Origin: Caldisericia bacterium
Lineage (GTDB): Bacteria > Caldisericota > Caldisericia > JAAYUI01
Direction: 5' to 3'
DNA length: 64,000 bases
Assembly (NCBI GenBank): GCA_963674785.1
Contig: OY771555.1
Span: 1,792,001 to 1,856,000 of the forward strand
The position numbers were made by a program, and so were the translations under genes. The notes under the pieces were generated by a model. It did no database searches. It had not been told where the DNA came from and worked only from the letters and a program-made list of their open reading frames with translations. Every line of letters starts with the position of its first letter. Position 1 is the first letter of the stretch. Below, one piece after another: positions 62,240 through 64,000 of the stretch.

Positions 62240-62796
62240 GCTAGCCTTTCCGGAGTTTTTTTATCAATAATTATGCTTCCATCATCTTCAACAATAACCG
62301 TCCAAGGATGAAGAGGGCTTGGAGGTGGACCACCAAGGACTTTGGTCATAGTTGGGTCAAAGAAACCATCATGACATCTACAATGCCATGTTTTTGATTC
62401 TGTATTCCATCTGACAACACAACCAAGATGAGTACATTTTGCATCCCAAGCCATAAGCGTACCATTTGTATCCTTAATCAAAATTCCGGGTTCCCTAATT
62501 TTGATTGGCTTGTAAGGGATTGAACGATCTTCGGTGATGATCTCAAAAGAATATCCGACCATGCTTTCAAGCTCATCTTTTTTCGCAGGGACTGGTACGA
62601 AAGAATCACCAACGGGTTTCATGACGGATGCTAATTTGTTAACCGCAACGGGCGCTGGTGGCACCTCAAGTCCAATCTTACCAAATGGCTTCAAAAGTCT
62701 GAGAATCGGTGATAAAGCAGCTAGAATTGCTCCAAAAAAAGGAACAGCTAGCAGGACTTTTAGCAGTTGCCTTCGAGTGACCTTTTTTTCTTCCAC
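62236..62796 (-). CDS. Rieske [2Fe-2S] subunit with Tat-like anchor
   Basis: TRRQLLK plus TM helix, CTHLGC, CRCHDG, GPPP; GTG start after AAGGAGG. Confidence 0.92.
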   Translation of the reverse strand: MEEKKVTRRQLLKVLLAVPFFGAILAALSPILRLLKPFGKIGLEVPPAPVAVNKLASVMKPVGDSFVPVPAKKDELESMVGYSFEIITEDRSIPYKPIKIREPGILIKDTNGTLMAWDAKCTHLGCVVRWNTESKTWHCRCHDGFFDPTMTKVLGGPPPSPLHPWTVIVEDDGSIIIDKKTPERLA

Positions 62797-62826
62797 AACA
62801 AGTCCTCCTTTCCATTTCCAGTAGCT

Positions 62827-62855
62827 AGATTATTCGGTTTTTTTTGGTATGTCAA
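62827..62855 (-). promoter_or_regulatory. Sigma70 promoter of Rieske/cytb-Flx operon
   Basis: TTGACA-17 nt-TAATCT on the minus strand. Confidence 0.55.
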
Positions 62856-62916
62856 ATATGTTTTATAAACAATAAGAGGTATTAACTTTAACAAAAAAGA
62901 CAGCTCAGAAAAGAGT

Positions 62917-62934
62917 TTGTAAGCATTTTCACAA
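62917..62934. promoter_or_regulatory. Putative Rex operator
   Basis: TTGTAAG-CATT-TTCACAA versus consensus TTGTGAA-N4-TTCACAA. Confidence 0.5.
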
Positions 62935-62990
62935 AACGAGTCAAGATGAAAAAAAAGTAAAAGTTCAGCATCAGAAAATTTGCTGATAAT

Positions 62991-63018
62991 AAAAAAGCGG
63001 GGCTCAAGCGAGCCCCGC
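62991..63018 (-). terminator. Intrinsic terminator
   Basis: GCGGGGCTC-GCTT-GAGCCCCGC followed by a T-run on the minus strand. Confidence 0.88.
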
Positions 63019-63040
63019 CAACATAAAGTTTTTGTTTTAT

Positions 63041-64000
63041 TTACCCAATATTTGGGTTGACAGGATAGTAGATTTTGATTGACTTTGTTGCACCAATCCA
63101 CTCGACAGATGCACCAAGTGCTTCACTTATAAATCTGAGTGGAACAACAGTTCGACCATTGATGATCAATGGAGCCACAGACATAGAAACAACACTTCCG
63201 TTAACCATTGCTTCAGACACACCAACCCAAAGTATAACTTCTCTTCCTTCAAGTTTATATGTAACTTTTTTATCGGTTCCGTCCCACTCAATTTCTGCGC
63301 CGAGTGCTTCACCAATAAATCTTAGAGGAACGACAGTGCTACCATTTTTTATAACCGGTGCAGGGTCAACTGGCACCGATTCATTATTGATAATTGCAGT
63401 ATTGGAATTTATCTGCAACTCAATGAGATTACCGATTCTTCTTGCTTTGCACTCAATTGTCGCTGTTCCGCCATTTGATTTGATTGTAATTGTACCTGTC
63501 GCATCACCCCAGGCAGAAAGTTTTGAAACATCACAATACACCTTAACAGCAAGATTACCTGTGAAAGTATTATCTGAGAATCTTAACCAAGGAACGTCTG
63601 TTTCAATTGATCCACTAAGTGCCGCAGAAGTCGAATTTGTGATTGTAAATGAATCCTCTAGAATCCCTGATTTTGACTGTGGAAAGTTTATTGAAGTTTT
63701 ATCAACCGACAAAATTGGTTTTACAACGCCTTTTTCAAAAATCTGAACTCTCTGATTACCTGAGTCGAGAACATATATCTTGCCTTCACTTGTAGCAAGC
63801 CCGGTTGGATTATTGAATGTTCCAAGATGGCTCCAATAATCATCAATCGATGTTTTAGTATACATCGGTGTTTTGTCACCTTTTGAATACAAGTGTTTGC
63901 CATCAATTGAGAAAAAATGAAGTTTGTTGTTTCCGGTATCTGATACAACAACACTCAAATCATCGGTGATACAAATTCCAGTTGGATTTTTCATATTGAG
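63041..64000 (-). CDS. Partial NHL-repeat protein with BACON-like and stalk domains (N-terminus beyond window)
   Basis: NPTGI..VSDTGNN and NPTGL..YVLDSGNQRVQ NHL repeats; duplicated TVVPLRFI stalk. Confidence 0.82.
   Translation of the reverse strand, partial: LNMKNPTGICITDDLSVVVSDTGNNKLHFFSIDGKHLYSKGDKTPMYTKTSIDDYWSHLGTFNNPTGLATSEGKIYVLDSGNQRVQIFEKGVVKPILSVDKTSINFPQSKSGILEDSFTITNSTSAALSGSIETDVPWLRFSDNTFTGNLAVKVYCDVSKLSAWGDATGTITIKSNGGTATIECKARRIGNLIELQINSNTAIINNESVPVDPAPVIKNGSTVVPLRFIGEALGAEIEWDGTDKKVTYKLEGREVILWVGVSEAMVNGSVVSMSVAPLIINGRTVVPLRFISEALGASVEWIGATKSIKIYYPVNPNIG

Overview
AT-rich bacterial chromosome segment, probably from a fermentative anaerobe. The many secreted proteins carrying copper-amine-oxidase-N ('stalk') domains suggest Caldisericota or a similar lineage (inference only). 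Most of the window is housekeeping: fabD, guaB, rpe, uvrC, sufS, coaD, rsmD, leuS, ychF-like, sucCD, a RluA-family synthase, pcrA, dnaG-rpoD, ppdK, rpmH-rnpA-yidD-yidC-jag-mnmE and dprA, plus three tRNAs, mglB-mglA and five large stalk-domain surface proteins. I saw no CRISPR array, IS element or prophage. The standout is a minus-strand operon (62796->55316): Rieske protein, cytochrome b fused to an HdrA-type 2x[4Fe-4S] domain, flxDCBA-like genes, a second cytochrome b with a ~290-aa insert, and two small membrane proteins. It has no hdrABC and no cytochrome c. The two cytochromes b look complementary: one keeps all four heme histidines but lacks the Qo elements, while the other keeps the Qo elements but only the heme bL histidines. 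This suggests an asymmetric quinone-bifurcating complex wired to NAD(H), with a Rex-like site upstream. Other notable items are tRNA-Ala-derived tandem repeats, a 2034-aa peptidase-thioredoxin surface protein, and a 185-nt dnaG/rpoD overlap. Several start codons were adjusted by eye using SD motifs, and no database searches were run.
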